In this document: piece by piece, positions 51,731 to 62,953 of the stretch | Position numbering within the stretch: the first letter of the stretch is position 1 | Layout: each line of letters opens with the position of its first letter | Source of the DNA: an uncultured Gammaproteobacteria bacterium | Lineage (GTDB): Bacteria; Pseudomonadota; Gammaproteobacteria; SG8-11 | Assembly (NCBI GenBank): GCA_964654485.1 | Contig: CAZZJI010000007.1 | Coordinates: 3,276-67,275 of the forward strand | DNA length: 64,000 bases | Direction: 5' to 3' | Notes under the pieces: model-generated | What the model was told of the DNA's origin: nothing | The model's input: the letters and a program-made list of their open reading frames with translations, nothing else | The model's database searches: none | Translations under genes and position numbers: made by a program

Positions 51731-52675
51731 ATGGCGAATATGCTCGATGGTGTTAACCAACGAACGCAATTAGTTGGTAAAAACCGGCTTGAATTATTAT
51801 TATTTCACTTAGATGGTCCACAAATTTATGGAATAAATGTTTTCAAAATAAAAGAAGTTATTCAATGTCCACCCTTGTCTCACATACCGAATTCTCATCC
51901 CCTGGTATCAGGTGTGGCGACATTACGCGAAAAAACCGTGAGCATTATTGATCTGGGCAAAGCGATTGGCATATCGCCCGTACAGCATATGGAAAAAAGC
52001 TTTGTTATTGTGACCGAGTATAATCGTTCTGTACAAGGCTTTGTTGTTCAATCGGTAAGCCGTATTGTCAATTTACACTGGGAAGACATACTTTCCGCAC
52101 CTGTTGGTGTCGGTAAAAATAATTACTTAACAGCAATAACGGAATTTGATGATAAATTGATTGAAATTATCGATGTTGAAAAAGTATTGTCAATAGTGGT
52201 AGGCGATAGAGATAAGGTGTCAAATGATACCAATGAAAAAATAAAAGACTTTAATGTTTCGGCGCATATTTTGGTAGCTGATGATTCAAGTGTGGCACGC
52301 AAGCAAATAGCGCGTACTTTGGAAACGCTGAATGTAAAATGTACATTGGCAAGCGATGGAAAAGAGGCGCTGGATATACTTACTAAAATAAAAGAATCGG
52401 GTGAACATGTGACAGATCATTTTGATATGGTCATCACAGATATTGAAATGCCTCAAATGGACGGTTATACGCTGACCTCCAATATCAAAAATGACCCGGA
52501 AATGCAGGATATGTATGTTTTGCTACATACATCGTTAAGCGGTGTATTTAATCAGTCCATGGTTAAAAAAGTAGGCGCAAATGCTTTCGTTGCTAAATTT
52601 GATCAAGATGAATTGACTAATGCCCTTATGGAGTGGCTAGAGAAGGCAGACCGCAGCAAAACACAAGTTGTCTGA
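51731..52675 (+). CDS. cheV: Chemotaxis protein CheV (CheW-like domain + receiver domain)
   Basis: N-terminal CheW-like domain. C-terminal REC domain with ILVADDSSVARK...D...K. 314 aa. Confidence 0.8.
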   Translation: MANMLDGVNQRTQLVGKNRLELLLFHLDGPQIYGINVFKIKEVIQCPPLSHIPNSHPLVSGVATLREKTVSIIDLGKAIGISPVQHMEKSFVIVTEYNRSVQGFVVQSVSRIVNLHWEDILSAPVGVGKNNYLTAITEFDDKLIEIIDVEKVLSIVVGDRDKVSNDTNEKIKDFNVSAHILVADDSSVARKQIARTLETLNVKCTLASDGKEALDILTKIKESGEHVTDHFDMVITDIEMPQMDGYTLTSNIKNDPEMQDMYVLLHTSLSGVFNQSMVKKVGANAFVAKFDQDELTNALMEWLEKADRSKTQVV

Positions 52676-52677
52676 TT

Positions 52678-53520
52678 TTGACAGATACACCGCTATCAAC
52701 CCTATCTGCAGAAGAGTATTCTTCTTTCGAGGATTTTCTTGAAAAAGCCACGGGTATAGTGTTAGGTAAAAATAAAGAATTTTTGGTTGTTAGCCGTCTT
52801 AAAAAACTGGCGTTATGTGAAAATATAAAAAATTATAGCGATCTGTTAGTAGCGGCAAATTGCGATAGGAGACTCAGGGAAAGAATTATTGGCGCCATGA
52901 CAACAAATGAAACATCCTGGTACCGAGACAAAAAAATATTTTATTGTCTTGAGAATAATATACTTCCAGAATTGATGAAAAATAAAAATAGTAATTTAAA
53001 AATCTGGTCTACTGCCTGTTCAACCGGTCAGGAACCTTATTCTGTCAGTATGAGCATTGAAAATTGTATTAAGCGATATCCGGCTGTCAACAAACACTTT
53101 GAAATAGTCGGTACGGACATTTCAAAAGAAGCATTAGAAATAGCCAGGGCAGGTCGTTATGATGAAATTGTTACCGCAAGAGGACTTTCAGAACTAAGCA
53201 AAAAACAATATTTTAATGAGAAAGGCATTCATTGGGAAATAACGGATAAAATTAAAAATCGCGTCAAATTTGAGTCAATAAATTTGAAGAACAGCTTTTT
53301 ATCTCTGGGTAAGTTCGATGTTATTTTTTGTCGTAATGTGTTGATTTATTTTTCACCCCGCTTAAAAGAAGATGTGTTAAAAAGAATGACAAAACAAATT
53401 AACCCGGGTGGTTATTTGATCTTGGGGGGGGCGGAAACAATGGCAAATTATACCGATTCATTTGAAATGCACAATGTTGATTCTGTTGTATATTACAAAC
53501 TCAAAGATTGCGTTTCTTAG
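52678..53520 (+). CDS. cheR: Chemotaxis protein methyltransferase CheR (ORF opens at 52633 overlapping cheV; probable TTG start at 52678)
   Basis: CheR N-terminal helical domain. SAM-binding region (…STACSTGQEPYSVSM…VGTDIS…IFCRNVLIYF…). Confidence 0.8.
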   Translation: MTDTPLSTLSAEEYSSFEDFLEKATGIVLGKNKEFLVVSRLKKLALCENIKNYSDLLVAANCDRRLRERIIGAMTTNETSWYRDKKIFYCLENNILPELMKNKNSNLKIWSTACSTGQEPYSVSMSIENCIKRYPAVNKHFEIVGTDISKEALEIARAGRYDEIVTARGLSELSKKQYFNEKGIHWEITDKIKNRVKFESINLKNSFLSLGKFDVIFCRNVLIYFSPRLKEDVLKRMTKQINPGGYLILGGAETMANYTDSFEMHNVDSVVYYKLKDCVS

Positions 53521-53711
53521 TTTAATTCCTACCATGAATATAATTGCCGCACGATAGGAAAATTCTTGCCTGTCTGTATCACACTCTATATCCCCATTGC
53601 CCCTATATATTTCTTAACTATTTGTTAAACATACTATAATCAGGGATGGCACGAATTTTGCCATTGGTTTGGTAAATGAATTGTGTCCACTGTTAAAAAC
53701 AGGAAATAAAT

Positions 53712-54113
53712 ATGCGTTTTGATTTAGATGCTGCATTTGGAGTTCACGAAAAAGCGTTAATGCTGAGGTCACAGCGTGCACAGGTATTGGCGGAAAATTT
53801 GGCAAACGCGGATACGCCAAATTATAAAGCGAAGGATATCGATTTCAAATCAGCGTTGGATGCAGTAAAGGGTGAATATACTGCGGGTAAAATGACGTCA
53901 ACCAATTCGCAGCATTTTGGAGCAAACAACACAGCTTCATTTTCCGGTGAATTAATTGACCGTCAATCCAGTCAGCCGAGTATGGACGGGAATACTGTGG
54001 ATAGCCAGGTTGAACAAAGTGCATTTTTACGTAACGCATTAGAATATCAGGTCAGTCTACGATTACTGAGTGGAAAGATCAAAGGCCTGATGACAGCAAT
54101 TAAAGGTGAATAA
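53712..54113 (+). CDS. flgB: Flagellar basal-body rod protein FlgB
   Basis: 133 aa. Rod N-terminal motif (…NLANADTPNYKAKDIDF…). First gene of the flgBCDEFGHIJKL run. Confidence 0.85.
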   Translation: MRFDLDAAFGVHEKALMLRSQRAQVLAENLANADTPNYKAKDIDFKSALDAVKGEYTAGKMTSTNSQHFGANNTASFSGELIDRQSSQPSMDGNTVDSQVEQSAFLRNALEYQVSLRLLSGKIKGLMTAIKGE

Positions 54114-54115
54114 CG

Positions 54116-54532
54116 ATGTCGCTATTTAATATATTTGATATAGCCGGTTCCGGCATGAGTGCGCAAGCAATACGTTTGAATACGACTGCAAGTAACATGG
54201 CGAATGCGGATACCGCAGGTGGCTCAATTGCAGATACATACAAGGCGCGGCAACCTGTATTTTCAGCCATGTTGAATGATGCATTCAATGAAAACGATAC
54301 GGGGGTTGGTGTACAAGTGCTGAAAATTATGGAAAGTACAACAGCGCTTGAAAAAAAATATGATCCAGGTAATCCAATTGCAAATGACGAGGGTTATGTA
54401 TTTATGCCAAATGTGAATATGGTGGATGAAATGGCAAACATGATTTCGGCTTCTCGTTCCTATCAAAGTAACGTCGAAGTGATCAATACTTCGAAACAGA
54501 TGTTACTTAGAACGTTATCGCTAGGAGAATAA
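54116..54532 (+). CDS. flgC: Flagellar basal-body rod protein FlgC
   Basis: 138 aa. SASGMSAQ…NMANADTAG N-terminal motif. Conserved C-terminal rod motif (…SRSYQSNVEVI…). Confidence 0.85.
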   Translation: MSLFNIFDIAGSGMSAQAIRLNTTASNMANADTAGGSIADTYKARQPVFSAMLNDAFNENDTGVGVQVLKIMESTTALEKKYDPGNPIANDEGYVFMPNVNMVDEMANMISASRSYQSNVEVINTSKQMLLRTLSLGE

Positions 54533-54534
54533 GC

Positions 54535-55212
54535 GTGAACAACATAGACACTAATATCAGTACCCTGATTAACGATCTTGGCCTCGGCGCTAACAGAGCT
54601 GACACGAAGAAAGATGATTTTGGGCAACAGGAATTTTTAACCTTAATGCTTGCGCAGTTGCAAAATCAAAGTCCACTTGAACCCATTCAAAATGGGGAAT
54701 TTTTAACACAAATGGCGCAATTCAATTCTGCGGCAGGCATGCAGGATTTAAATAACTCTTTTGCCGATGTATCTGCCACGTTGCAATCCAATCAAGCACT
54801 GCAAGCGTCCAGTTTAGTGGGACGTTCAGTACTAATTAAGTCCAATGAAGGGTATTTAGCAACGGGTCAAAGTTTAAATGGTGTGGTTGAGTTACCAGCA
54901 GGCGTTGGCAATATGACGATCAATATTTTGGGTCAAAATGGCGAATTAATTCGGCAAATAGAAATGGGCCAGCAAGCCGCTGGTGAGGTTAGTTTTGCAT
55001 GGGATGGCCTAGGTGATGATGGCGAGGCACAACCTGAAGGAAATTATATTATTGCGGCTGAGGTACAAGCAGATGGGGAAGCATACAGTTTGGATACGTT
55101 TGTTAAAACATCAATCGAAAGTGTCACGATTGGTCAGGGCGGGCAGGGTTTGGTATTAAATCTCTCTGATTTGGGTCCAATAAAATTAGACCAAATTCGC
55201 AAAATTCTTTAA
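54535..55212 (+). CDS. flgD: Flagellar hook capping/assembly protein FlgD
   Basis: 225 aa. FlgD N-terminal domain (…FLTLMLAQLQNQSPLEP…). GTG start 2 nt after flgC. Confidence 0.8.
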   Translation: MNNIDTNISTLINDLGLGANRADTKKDDFGQQEFLTLMLAQLQNQSPLEPIQNGEFLTQMAQFNSAAGMQDLNNSFADVSATLQSNQALQASSLVGRSVLIKSNEGYLATGQSLNGVVELPAGVGNMTINILGQNGELIRQIEMGQQAAGEVSFAWDGLGDDGEAQPEGNYIIAAEVQADGEAYSLDTFVKTSIESVTIGQGGQGLVLNLSDLGPIKLDQIRKIL

Positions 55213-55242
55213 TCCTAAATTTATAGATGTAGGAGAAAATTT

Positions 55243-56505
55243 ATGGCTTTTAGCACAGCATTAAGTGGTTTAAACGCAGCACAAGCTGATCTAAACGTAA
55301 CAGGCAATAATATCGCGAATGCCAATACCACAGGTTTTAAACAGTCCAGACCAGAGTTTGTTGATGTATTTGCGGCTTCATTTTCCGGTGTTGGCAGTAC
55401 CGCAGTAGGTAGCGGTGTACGTGTCTCTGCTGTAACTCAAGAGTTTAGTCAGGGTAATATTGAATTTACTTCGAGCAATCTGGACATGGCGATCAGTGGG
55501 GATGGTTTTTTCGTTCTTAGTGATGCAGGTACACTCACCTACAGTCGCGCCGGTGCATTTCATGCAGATTCGTCCGGGTATGTAGTTAATAACCAGAATA
55601 AACGCCTGCAAATTTACCCCCCTGTCGCAGGTGGTGGGTTTAATACGGGTGTAATGAACGACCTGCAGTTGAATACAACTGCCGGTGCGCCGAACGCAAC
55701 AACATTGATCAACGCGGGATTAAATTTAAATGCGGCGGATGCAGAAATTACAACGCCGCCATCACCTGCATTTAATATCACCGATCCAAGTTCATTTAAC
55801 AACTCGACTTCCGTGGTCGTCTACGATTCGTTAGGAACGGCGCATAATGCAACCATGTATTTTCGAAAGGTGCCGCTTGCAGCAGTGCCTCCAGTGGGTA
55901 CCACTGCAAATTGGGAAGCGCGTCTTTTTATTGGTGCTGAAGAAATTAATGCCGGTGGCGCATCACCGCAAATGCTTAATTTTAACGCGAATGGTTCGTT
56001 AGTAAATTCACCCCCTAGTATTAATTACGATGCGACTGCAACAATTGCAACAGGTGCAGCGCAAATAAATCTGGACATTGATTATTCTTTGCTAACTCAA
56101 TTCGGTAGCCCCTTTTCTGTTAGTTCCCTATCTCAAGATGGATTTACCACTGGTCAGTTATCGGGTATCGATATTGATGACCAAGGTGTTGTCTTTGCTC
56201 GATTTACCAATGGGCAATCAAATACGCTGGGTGAATTAGCACTCGCCAGATTCAATAATAATCAGGGCTTGCAGCCGCAAGGTGATACAGAATGGGCCGA
56301 GACGTTTTCATCTGGTCCGCAAATACTGGGCGAGGCCAGTGTTGGCACATTTGGCTTAATACAATCTGGTGCACTTGAAGCATCGAATGTTGATATAGCT
56401 GAACAGTTGGTGAAATTGATTACCGCGCAACGAAATTATCAGGCAAATGCGGAAGTGATTTCAACTGAAGATACCATTGCACAGACAATTATTAACCTTA
56501 GGTAG
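55243..56505 (+). CDS. flgE: Flagellar hook protein FlgE
   Basis: MAFSTALSGLNAAQ…NNIANANTTGFK N-terminus. Conserved C-terminal …ALEASNVDIAEQLVKLITAQRNYQANA. 420 aa. Confidence 0.85.
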   Translation: MAFSTALSGLNAAQADLNVTGNNIANANTTGFKQSRPEFVDVFAASFSGVGSTAVGSGVRVSAVTQEFSQGNIEFTSSNLDMAISGDGFFVLSDAGTLTYSRAGAFHADSSGYVVNNQNKRLQIYPPVAGGGFNTGVMNDLQLNTTAGAPNATTLINAGLNLNAADAEITTPPSPAFNITDPSSFNNSTSVVVYDSLGTAHNATMYFRKVPLAAVPPVGTTANWEARLFIGAEEINAGGASPQMLNFNANGSLVNSPPSINYDATATIATGAAQINLDIDYSLLTQFGSPFSVSSLSQDGFTTGQLSGIDIDDQGVVFARFTNGQSNTLGELALARFNNNQGLQPQGDTEWAETFSSGPQILGEASVGTFGLIQSGALEASNVDIAEQLVKLITAQRNYQANAEVISTEDTIAQTIINLR

Positions 56506-56572
56506 TGGAGTACAGGTACAAGATAGAAGGGTTGGTAATAGATAAAAAATATAAGCGTTAAGGAAATTATTT

Positions 56573-57313
56573 ATGGATCGTATGCTTTATATCGCAATGA
56601 CAGGTGCAAAACAAACCATGTATGCACAGTCAGTGAATAGTAATAATCTGGCGAATGCCAGCACCACTGGTTTTCGTGCAGATCTGAATACTTATCTTAG
56701 TGTTCCGATAGCTGGAGAGGGATACCCATCCAGAATTAATACGGTTACACAGACAATGGAAACTGATTTTACGCCTGGGTCGATTAATGCAACCGGGCGC
56801 GAACTGGATATGGCGGTAAAAGGAGAAGGCTGGATTGCAGTACAGGCTAAAGATGGTAGTGAGGCCTATACACGCGCAGGCGATTTGCGTATTGCAACCG
56901 GTGGATTATTAACAAACGGTGCGGGTCATCCTGTGATAGGCAATGGTGGACCGATCGTTATCCCACCTGCAGAAAAACTGGAAATTGGTGTTGATGGAAC
57001 CATTTCGATTCGACCTGTCGGTCAGGCTGCATCAGTACTTGTTACGGTGGATAGAATAAAGCTGGTAAATCCCGGTTTTGATCAGATAGCGAAGGGTGCG
57101 GACGGTTTAATGCGTACCAAAAACGGGTTGCCGGCAGCGCCAGATGTGAATACGACGCTGGTATCCGGTGCGCTTGAAACCAGTAATGTGAATACAATCG
57201 ATGCATTGGTCAAGCAGATTGCGCTTGCCCGTCAGTTTGAAGTTCAGGTCAAAGCAATGAGCACGGTTGATGAGAACGCGCAAATGACAACGCAAATGAT
57301 GAGAATTAACTAA
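56573..57313 (+). CDS. flgF: Flagellar basal-body rod protein FlgF
   Basis: MDRMLYIAMTGAK…NNLANASTTGF. C-terminal rod motif. 246 aa. Confidence 0.85.
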   Translation: MDRMLYIAMTGAKQTMYAQSVNSNNLANASTTGFRADLNTYLSVPIAGEGYPSRINTVTQTMETDFTPGSINATGRELDMAVKGEGWIAVQAKDGSEAYTRAGDLRIATGGLLTNGAGHPVIGNGGPIVIPPAEKLEIGVDGTISIRPVGQAASVLVTVDRIKLVNPGFDQIAKGADGLMRTKNGLPAAPDVNTTLVSGALETSNVNTIDALVKQIALARQFEVQVKAMSTVDENAQMTTQMMRIN

Positions 57314-57331
57314 TAGCTAGAGGTATTAATA

Positions 57332-58117
57332 ATGTATGCAGCACTGTGGGTGGCTAAAACGGGTTTAGACGCACAACAAACCCGTTTAGCAGTAATCAGT
57401 AATAATTTGGCGAATGTCAATACGACGGGTTTCAAACGTGGCAGAGCAGTATTTGAAGATTTATTATATCAAAATGTACGGCAAGTTGGCGCACAAGCAA
57501 CACAAGATACGCAGCTACCTTCTGGTTTGTCCCTTGGTACCGGTGTGCGCGTTGTCGCGACTGAAAAAATGCATACTCAGGGCAATATAGTTCAAACAGA
57601 TAAATCGTTGGATGTCGCAGTGCAGGGACGCGGTTTTTTGCAAGTACTATTACCCAACGGTGATCTTGCCTATACCCGCGACGGATCAATGCAAGTAAAT
57701 GCCAACGGCGAAATAGTCACAGCACAAGGATACAGACTACAACCTGCTGTTACAGTACCCAATAATGCACGCAGTATAACAATTGGTTCGGATGGCATTA
57801 TCTCCATTCTTACACCGGGGGCGTCTGGTCCGTCACAAATTGGTGATATACAACTTGCTGACTTTATAAATCCGACTGGTTTGCAGTCAGTAGGTGAAAA
57901 TTTATATATTCAAAGTGGATCCAGCGGTACGCCACAAGTGGGCACACCCGGTCTTAACGGTTTAGGTACTATGATTCAAGGCTCACTGGAAACATCGAAT
58001 GTTAATGTGGTGGAAGAACTGGTAAATATGATTGAAACGCAACGCGCCTATGAATTAAATTCAAAGGCGATTTCTACCAGCGATCAAATGCTGCAATACA
58101 TAAGTCAAAACTTATAA
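57332..58117 (+). CDS. flgG: Flagellar basal-body distal rod protein FlgG
   Basis: [19 protein letters not shown]…[13 protein letters not shown]-terminal …[24 protein letters not shown]. 261 aa. Confidence 0.9.
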   Translation: MYAALWVAKTGLDAQQTRLAVISNNLANVNTTGFKRGRAVFEDLLYQNVRQVGAQATQDTQLPSGLSLGTGVRVVATEKMHTQGNIVQTDKSLDVAVQGRGFLQVLLPNGDLAYTRDGSMQVNANGEIVTAQGYRLQPAVTVPNNARSITIGSDGIISILTPGASGPSQIGDIQLADFINPTGLQSVGENLYIQSGSSGTPQVGTPGLNGLGTMIQGSLETSNVNVVEELVNMIETQRAYELNSKAISTSDQMLQYISQNL

Positions 58118-58148
58118 TCAAGGGCTGTAACACAATATCAAGGTCGTT

Positions 58149-58853
58149 ATGAATCAATTTATAAACCCGTTTACAAAGCTGTTTGCAAAACAAGTAATAA
58201 TCGTTTTTTGTATTTCAATGCTGGGGGCGTGTGGATATATTCCCCCTTCGCCAGATCCCGAATTTTCCAGTGTCAGACCCGTTTCTTCAAAGCCGTTGCC
58301 GATTAATGATGGCGCTATCTACAAAGCCGGGTATGATATTTTATTATTTGAAGACCTCAAAGCGAGAAGAGTAGGTGACATTATTACTGTTATCTTGTCT
58401 GAGCAGACCAATGCCAGTAAGAGAGCTTCCACCTCTACTGCAAAAGAAAGCACTGTCGATTTTTCCGCACCGACTTTGTTGGGACGCGGTGTCACCCGAA
58501 ACGGTGCAGCTATTCTAGAAAACGCACTGGATGCAAACAGAGGCTTCTCTGGCGAAGCAGACAGTACTCAAAGTAATAGTTTAAGCGGAAATATTGCGGT
58601 AACTATTGTTGAGGTATTTTCAAATGGTAACTTAATGATCCGAGGTGAAAAATTGCTAACCCTGAATCAGGGAAGTGAACGTATTCAATTTTCGGGCATT
58701 ATTCGCGCCGCGGATGTTAGCACTGATAACACCGTGCTGTCTACTCAGGTGGCTAATGCACGCATTAAATATGCAGGTGAAGGTGTATTAGCGGATGCAA
58801 ACAATCCCGGATGGTTAACACGTTTCTTTAATAGCGGATTGTGGCCTTTCTAA
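58149..58853 (+). CDS. flgH: Flagellar L-ring lipoprotein FlgH
   Basis: Lipoprotein signal (…MLGACGY). FlgH body (…[15 protein letters not shown]…[10 protein letters not shown]…). 234 aa. Confidence 0.85.
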   Translation: MNQFINPFTKLFAKQVIIVFCISMLGACGYIPPSPDPEFSSVRPVSSKPLPINDGAIYKAGYDILLFEDLKARRVGDIITVILSEQTNASKRASTSTAKESTVDFSAPTLLGRGVTRNGAAILENALDANRGFSGEADSTQSNSLSGNIAVTIVEVFSNGNLMIRGEKLLTLNQGSERIQFSGIIRAADVSTDNTVLSTQVANARIKYAGEGVLADANNPGWLTRFFNSGLWPF

Positions 58854-58854
58854 T

Positions 58855-59964
58855 ATGAGAAATATTGCAATGAAATTGATTCTTTTAACACTTTTAATCG
58901 TTATGGCAACGCCACTGCACGCGCAACGCATCAAAGATGTGACATCGATTGGGGGTGTACGCAGTAATCCATTGGTTGGCTATGGCCTGGTCGTGGGCCT
59001 GGACGGAACCGGTGATCAAACGAGTCAAACGCCGTTTACGATCCAGAGCATTAAAAGCATGTTGTCACAATTTGGGGTCACCATTCCACCCAATGTGAAA
59101 CCGCAGCTAAAGAATGTCGCTGCCGTTACCTTACACGCAAATTTACCGCCTTTTTCAAAGCGAGGTCAGGCCATTGATTTGACGGTATCTTCAATTGGTA
59201 ATGCAAAAAGTTTGCGTGGTGGTACGTTGCTAATGGCGCCTCTAAAGGGAATAGACGGAAATATATATGCGATCGCACAGGGTAATGTGGTGGTCGGCGG
59301 ATTTGGTGTTTCAGGTAATGATGGTTCGCGTATAACGGTAAACATCCCCAGTGTTGGCAGAATACCGGGGGGGGCAACGGTAGAACGGGAAGTCCCTTCG
59401 TCATTTGGTTTCGGAAACACGGTTACTTTTAATTTGCATAAAGCGGATTTTACCACCGCAAAAAATCTTGCCGATGCTGTAAACAAAACTATTGGGGCCG
59501 GAACTGCTTATGCTATTGATGCCTCTTCAGTAAGAGTAAGCGCGCCACGCGAAATACCACAGCGTGTTGCGTTTGTTTCAGTCATTGAAAATATTGAGAT
59601 AAAATTGGGTGAAACGGCGGCAAAAATTATAGTCAATTCCAGAACGGGTACGATTGTTATCGGAAAAAATGTTTCTGTATCACCCGCCGCAGTGACCCAT
59701 GGCAGTTTGACAGTGACGATTACCGAACGTGCAATCGTCAGTCAGCCCCAGGCTTTTTCACAGGGCGACACCGTCGTGGTTCCAACCAGTGACATTAAAG
59801 TAACAGAATCGGGTGGCCGCATGTTTTTATTCGAACCTGGGGTAGCGTTAAACGATATCGTTGCAGCGGTCAATCAGGTTGGCGCAGCCCCTGGAGATTT
59901 AATTGCGATACTCGAGGCACTCAAAGAGGCGGGGGCACTTCAAGCTGAGCTTATCGTAATTTAA
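58855..59964 (+). CDS. flgI: Flagellar P-ring protein FlgI
   Basis: Signal peptide. [30 protein letters not shown] is the canonical FlgI N-terminus. 369 aa. Confidence 0.9.
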   Translation: MRNIAMKLILLTLLIVMATPLHAQRIKDVTSIGGVRSNPLVGYGLVVGLDGTGDQTSQTPFTIQSIKSMLSQFGVTIPPNVKPQLKNVAAVTLHANLPPFSKRGQAIDLTVSSIGNAKSLRGGTLLMAPLKGIDGNIYAIAQGNVVVGGFGVSGNDGSRITVNIPSVGRIPGGATVEREVPSSFGFGNTVTFNLHKADFTTAKNLADAVNKTIGAGTAYAIDASSVRVSAPREIPQRVAFVSVIENIEIKLGETAAKIIVNSRTGTIVIGKNVSVSPAAVTHGSLTVTITERAIVSQPQAFSQGDTVVVPTSDIKVTESGGRMFLFEPGVALNDIVAAVNQVGAAPGDLIAILEALKEAGALQAELIVI

Positions 59965-59968
59965 GACT

Positions 59969-60931
59969 ATGGATAACACGTCAATTTCACCCGAAATTTA
60001 TACTGACTTTCAAGGATTGCAAAAATTAAAGCGCGCTGCCCGTGAAGATGCCCGTGGTGCAACAAAAGAAGTTGCACAACAATTTGAATCATTATTTGTA
60101 AAAATGATGCTTAAAAGCATGCGCGACGCAAGCTTTGGTGATGAAATGTTTGGTAGTCAACAAATGGATGCCTATCAGGACATGTTTGATAACCAAATGG
60201 CCATACATTTGTCGAAAGGTAAGGGCATTGGTTTATCCGAAGTGATTATACGGCAGCTTAATGGTGTAAACCAAAAAGATGTAAATCAAAGTGATAATAC
60301 TGAAAATGGATCGAAAGCTGTTTTTGCTTTGTCCGGGGATGGAAAAAATACTGAAAACAGGACTGTACAGGATTTTTTATATTTAAGTAAAGTTGTTGCA
60401 CCGAACAGAGAAAAGACGGTTTCTGAGGACAAAATTACAAAAAATCAGTTTAATTCACCTACCGAATTTGTTGAAACACTTTGGCCGTTGGCAAAAAAAA
60501 TGAGTGAAAAAAGTGGTATTTCGCCACAAATATTGCTTGCCCAGGCTGCATTAGAAACAGGCTGGGGTAAAGCTGTATCAAAACATGCCAGTGGAAAAAG
60601 CAGTTTTAATTTATTCAATATAAAAGCCGATCACCGTTGGGATGGCGAGCGTGTTGCCAAAACGACATTGGAGTATAAAGATGGCGTTGCGGATAAACAA
60701 AAAGCAAATTTTCGTTCCTATCACTCATTTGAAGAGAGTTTCCAGGATTTTATAAATTTTATTAGCAATGAACCTCGCTATCAAAATGCAATGCAGGTTG
60801 TTGATAATAATAAAGATTTTATAACAGAATTACACAAGTCGGGTTATGCTACAGATCCGTTATATGCCGAAAAAGTCATTCGTGTATTAAAGGGACCCGA
60901 AATGAAAAATGCGCTTTTAAGGATGTTTTAG
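59969..60931 (+). CDS. flgJ: Flagellar rod-assembly protein/peptidoglycan hydrolase FlgJ
   Basis: N-terminal rod-binding domain (…FESLFVKMMLKSMRDA…). C-terminal glucosaminidase domain (…LAQAALETGWGK…NLFNIKA…). 320 aa. Confidence 0.85.
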   Translation: MDNTSISPEIYTDFQGLQKLKRAAREDARGATKEVAQQFESLFVKMMLKSMRDASFGDEMFGSQQMDAYQDMFDNQMAIHLSKGKGIGLSEVIIRQLNGVNQKDVNQSDNTENGSKAVFALSGDGKNTENRTVQDFLYLSKVVAPNREKTVSEDKITKNQFNSPTEFVETLWPLAKKMSEKSGISPQILLAQAALETGWGKAVSKHASGKSSFNLFNIKADHRWDGERVAKTTLEYKDGVADKQKANFRSYHSFEESFQDFINFISNEPRYQNAMQVVDNNKDFITELHKSGYATDPLYAEKVIRVLKGPEMKNALLRMF

Positions 60932-61025
60932 GTATAAAGATATAATGAAATCGGACGAACAAATGGGATAGAAGACGGATTATGAATATTTACCGTTAAA
61001 AAAACTGGGAATACTGGAGTATGCA

Positions 61026-62951
61026 ATGGCGGATGGCAATATATTAGGAACGGCAGTATCAGGTTTGTTAGCGAGCCAAAGAGCGCTGACGACCATCAGT
61101 AATAATATATCCAATGTTAATACACCGGGATACAGCCGTCAGCGCGTTGAACTTGTTACCCGGCCTCCTTCCGATATTGGTAACGTTTTTATTGGAAATG
61201 GCGTTACAACCGCAGCGATTACCCGATCATTCGATCAATTTGCTGTTGAGCAGTTGCGTATCAATACCTCGCTGGATGGGCAGATGGGCAGTTTTTATGA
61301 ATTTGCAAAACAAGTGGATAACTTGCTTGCCAATCCCGACACCGGGCTGTCACCGACGTTACAACGTTTTTTCGATGCTGCGCAAGGTGTTGCAGATGAT
61401 CCTTCTTCGATTCCGGCTCGACAGGTTATGCTGGATGAGGCTCGGTCTTTAACATCTCGTTTCGATTTTCTAAACAATCGTGTAAAAGACCTGGGTGATG
61501 GCGTTAACTCTCAAATAACCAATGCCGTGACCTCGATAAACAGTCTGACCAGTTCGATCGCGAAGTTAAATCAGGATATTGCCAATGCGAGGGGTGCATC
61601 AGGTGGGAAATCACCCAATGATTTACTGGACCAACGAGATGAACTGGTCCGTCAGTTGTCCGAATTTGTATCGGTGACCGCAGTGACACAGGCCTCCGGT
61701 GACATGAATGTTTTTGTTGGAAATGGCGTTGGCCTGGTTGTTGGCAATATAGCCAACCAAATGGCGACCACAGGTAACGAGTTTGATCCAGCCAGTCTTG
61801 AAATTGCACTCATTACGCCAGTCAGTGGTTCACTTAACATTACCAATAATATTAGCGGTGGGCTGATTGGTGGCGTATTGGCATTTCGACAGGAGATACT
61901 CGAGCCAATGGTCAATAACCTGGGGCAAATTGCCATTGCATTAGCGGATACATTTAATGCTCAACATCAATTGGGCCAGGATCTCGACGGACAACTGGGT
62001 GGTTTATTTTTCAATGACATCGCCGCGACCAGTCCGCAGGCGTTGCCAAGTGAAAACAATGCTGGCAATGCGTCGCTGACCGTGGCCATTACGGATTCCT
62101 CTGCTTTGACTGCGAATGATTATCTACTGCGTTTTGACGGTACCAACTACACGCTGACAAATACGAAAACAAATGTAAGCACGGCACTGCCGGGTTTTCC
62201 TACCGCAACAACAGTCGACGGGGTAACCTTTGATATCGCAGCGGGTGCAATGAATGCGGGTGACAGTATTTTAATTAGACCGACTTTCAATGCCGCAAAC
62301 GATATAGCGCTGCAAATTAACAATGCGGAGCAAATTGCCGCTGCTGCGCCGGTACGAGCGTCATTCAGTATTGGCAATCTGGGGAACGCCACCATTAACC
62401 AACCTGTTGTTAATGCGCCGCCACCGACTGATGTGAATTTGCAACAAGATGTCACCATTACATTTAATACTCCACCGACGACATTTAATGTTGTCGGTGT
62501 GGGTACCGGCGACCCAGTCGGCGTTGGTTTTGTCTCCGGTGGTAATATCACCTTTAATGGCTTTACCACACAAATTACCGGGTCGCCGCAAGCGGGCGAT
62601 GTGTTTACGATTGAGTCAAATGTTGGCGGCATCAGTGATAACCGAAACGCCTTATTGTTAGCAGGAGTACAAACGCAGCAAACCATCAACGGTATCGCCG
62701 ATTTACAATCCGCGTATAGCCAGTTTGTCGCGGGTGTGGGTACACAGACGAATCAAGCCGGTATTAACAGCAGCGCGCAAGAAATTTTACTCAATCAGTC
62801 TATCGCGGCCAGGGAAAGTGTTTCCGGTGTGAATTTGGATGAAGAAGCTGCAAATTTAATTAAATTTCAGCAGGCCTACCAGGCTTCAGCGCAAGTGATC
62901 ACGACGGTGAATACTATTTTTCAGACCCTACTTAACGCAGTTGGGAGGTAA
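61026..62951 (+). CDS. flgK: Flagellar hook-associated protein 1 FlgK
   Basis: N-terminal …TISNNISNVNTPGYSRQ. C-terminal …ANLIKFQQAYQASAQVITT. 641 aa. Confidence 0.85.
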   Translation: MADGNILGTAVSGLLASQRALTTISNNISNVNTPGYSRQRVELVTRPPSDIGNVFIGNGVTTAAITRSFDQFAVEQLRINTSLDGQMGSFYEFAKQVDNLLANPDTGLSPTLQRFFDAAQGVADDPSSIPARQVMLDEARSLTSRFDFLNNRVKDLGDGVNSQITNAVTSINSLTSSIAKLNQDIANARGASGGKSPNDLLDQRDELVRQLSEFVSVTAVTQASGDMNVFVGNGVGLVVGNIANQMATTGNEFDPASLEIALITPVSGSLNITNNISGGLIGGVLAFRQEILEPMVNNLGQIAIALADTFNAQHQLGQDLDGQLGGLFFNDIAATSPQALPSENNAGNASLTVAITDSSALTANDYLLRFDGTNYTLTNTKTNVSTALPGFPTATTVDGVTFDIAAGAMNAGDSILIRPTFNAANDIALQINNAEQIAAAAPVRASFSIGNLGNATINQPVVNAPPPTDVNLQQDVTITFNTPPTTFNVVGVGTGDPVGVGFVSGGNITFNGFTTQITGSPQAGDVFTIESNVGGISDNRNALLLAGVQTQQTINGIADLQSAYSQFVAGVGTQTNQAGINSSAQEILLNQSIAARESVSGVNLDEEAANLIKFQQAYQASAQVITTVNTIFQTLLNAVGR

Positions 62952-62953
62952 CT

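Noticed and set aside
61114-62689. Multiple 60-180-aa ORFs on both strands inside flgK
   Set aside because: flgK reads through with canonical N- and C-terminal hook-associated motifs; internal ORFs are alternative-frame noise in a Gly/Thr/Asn-rich gene.
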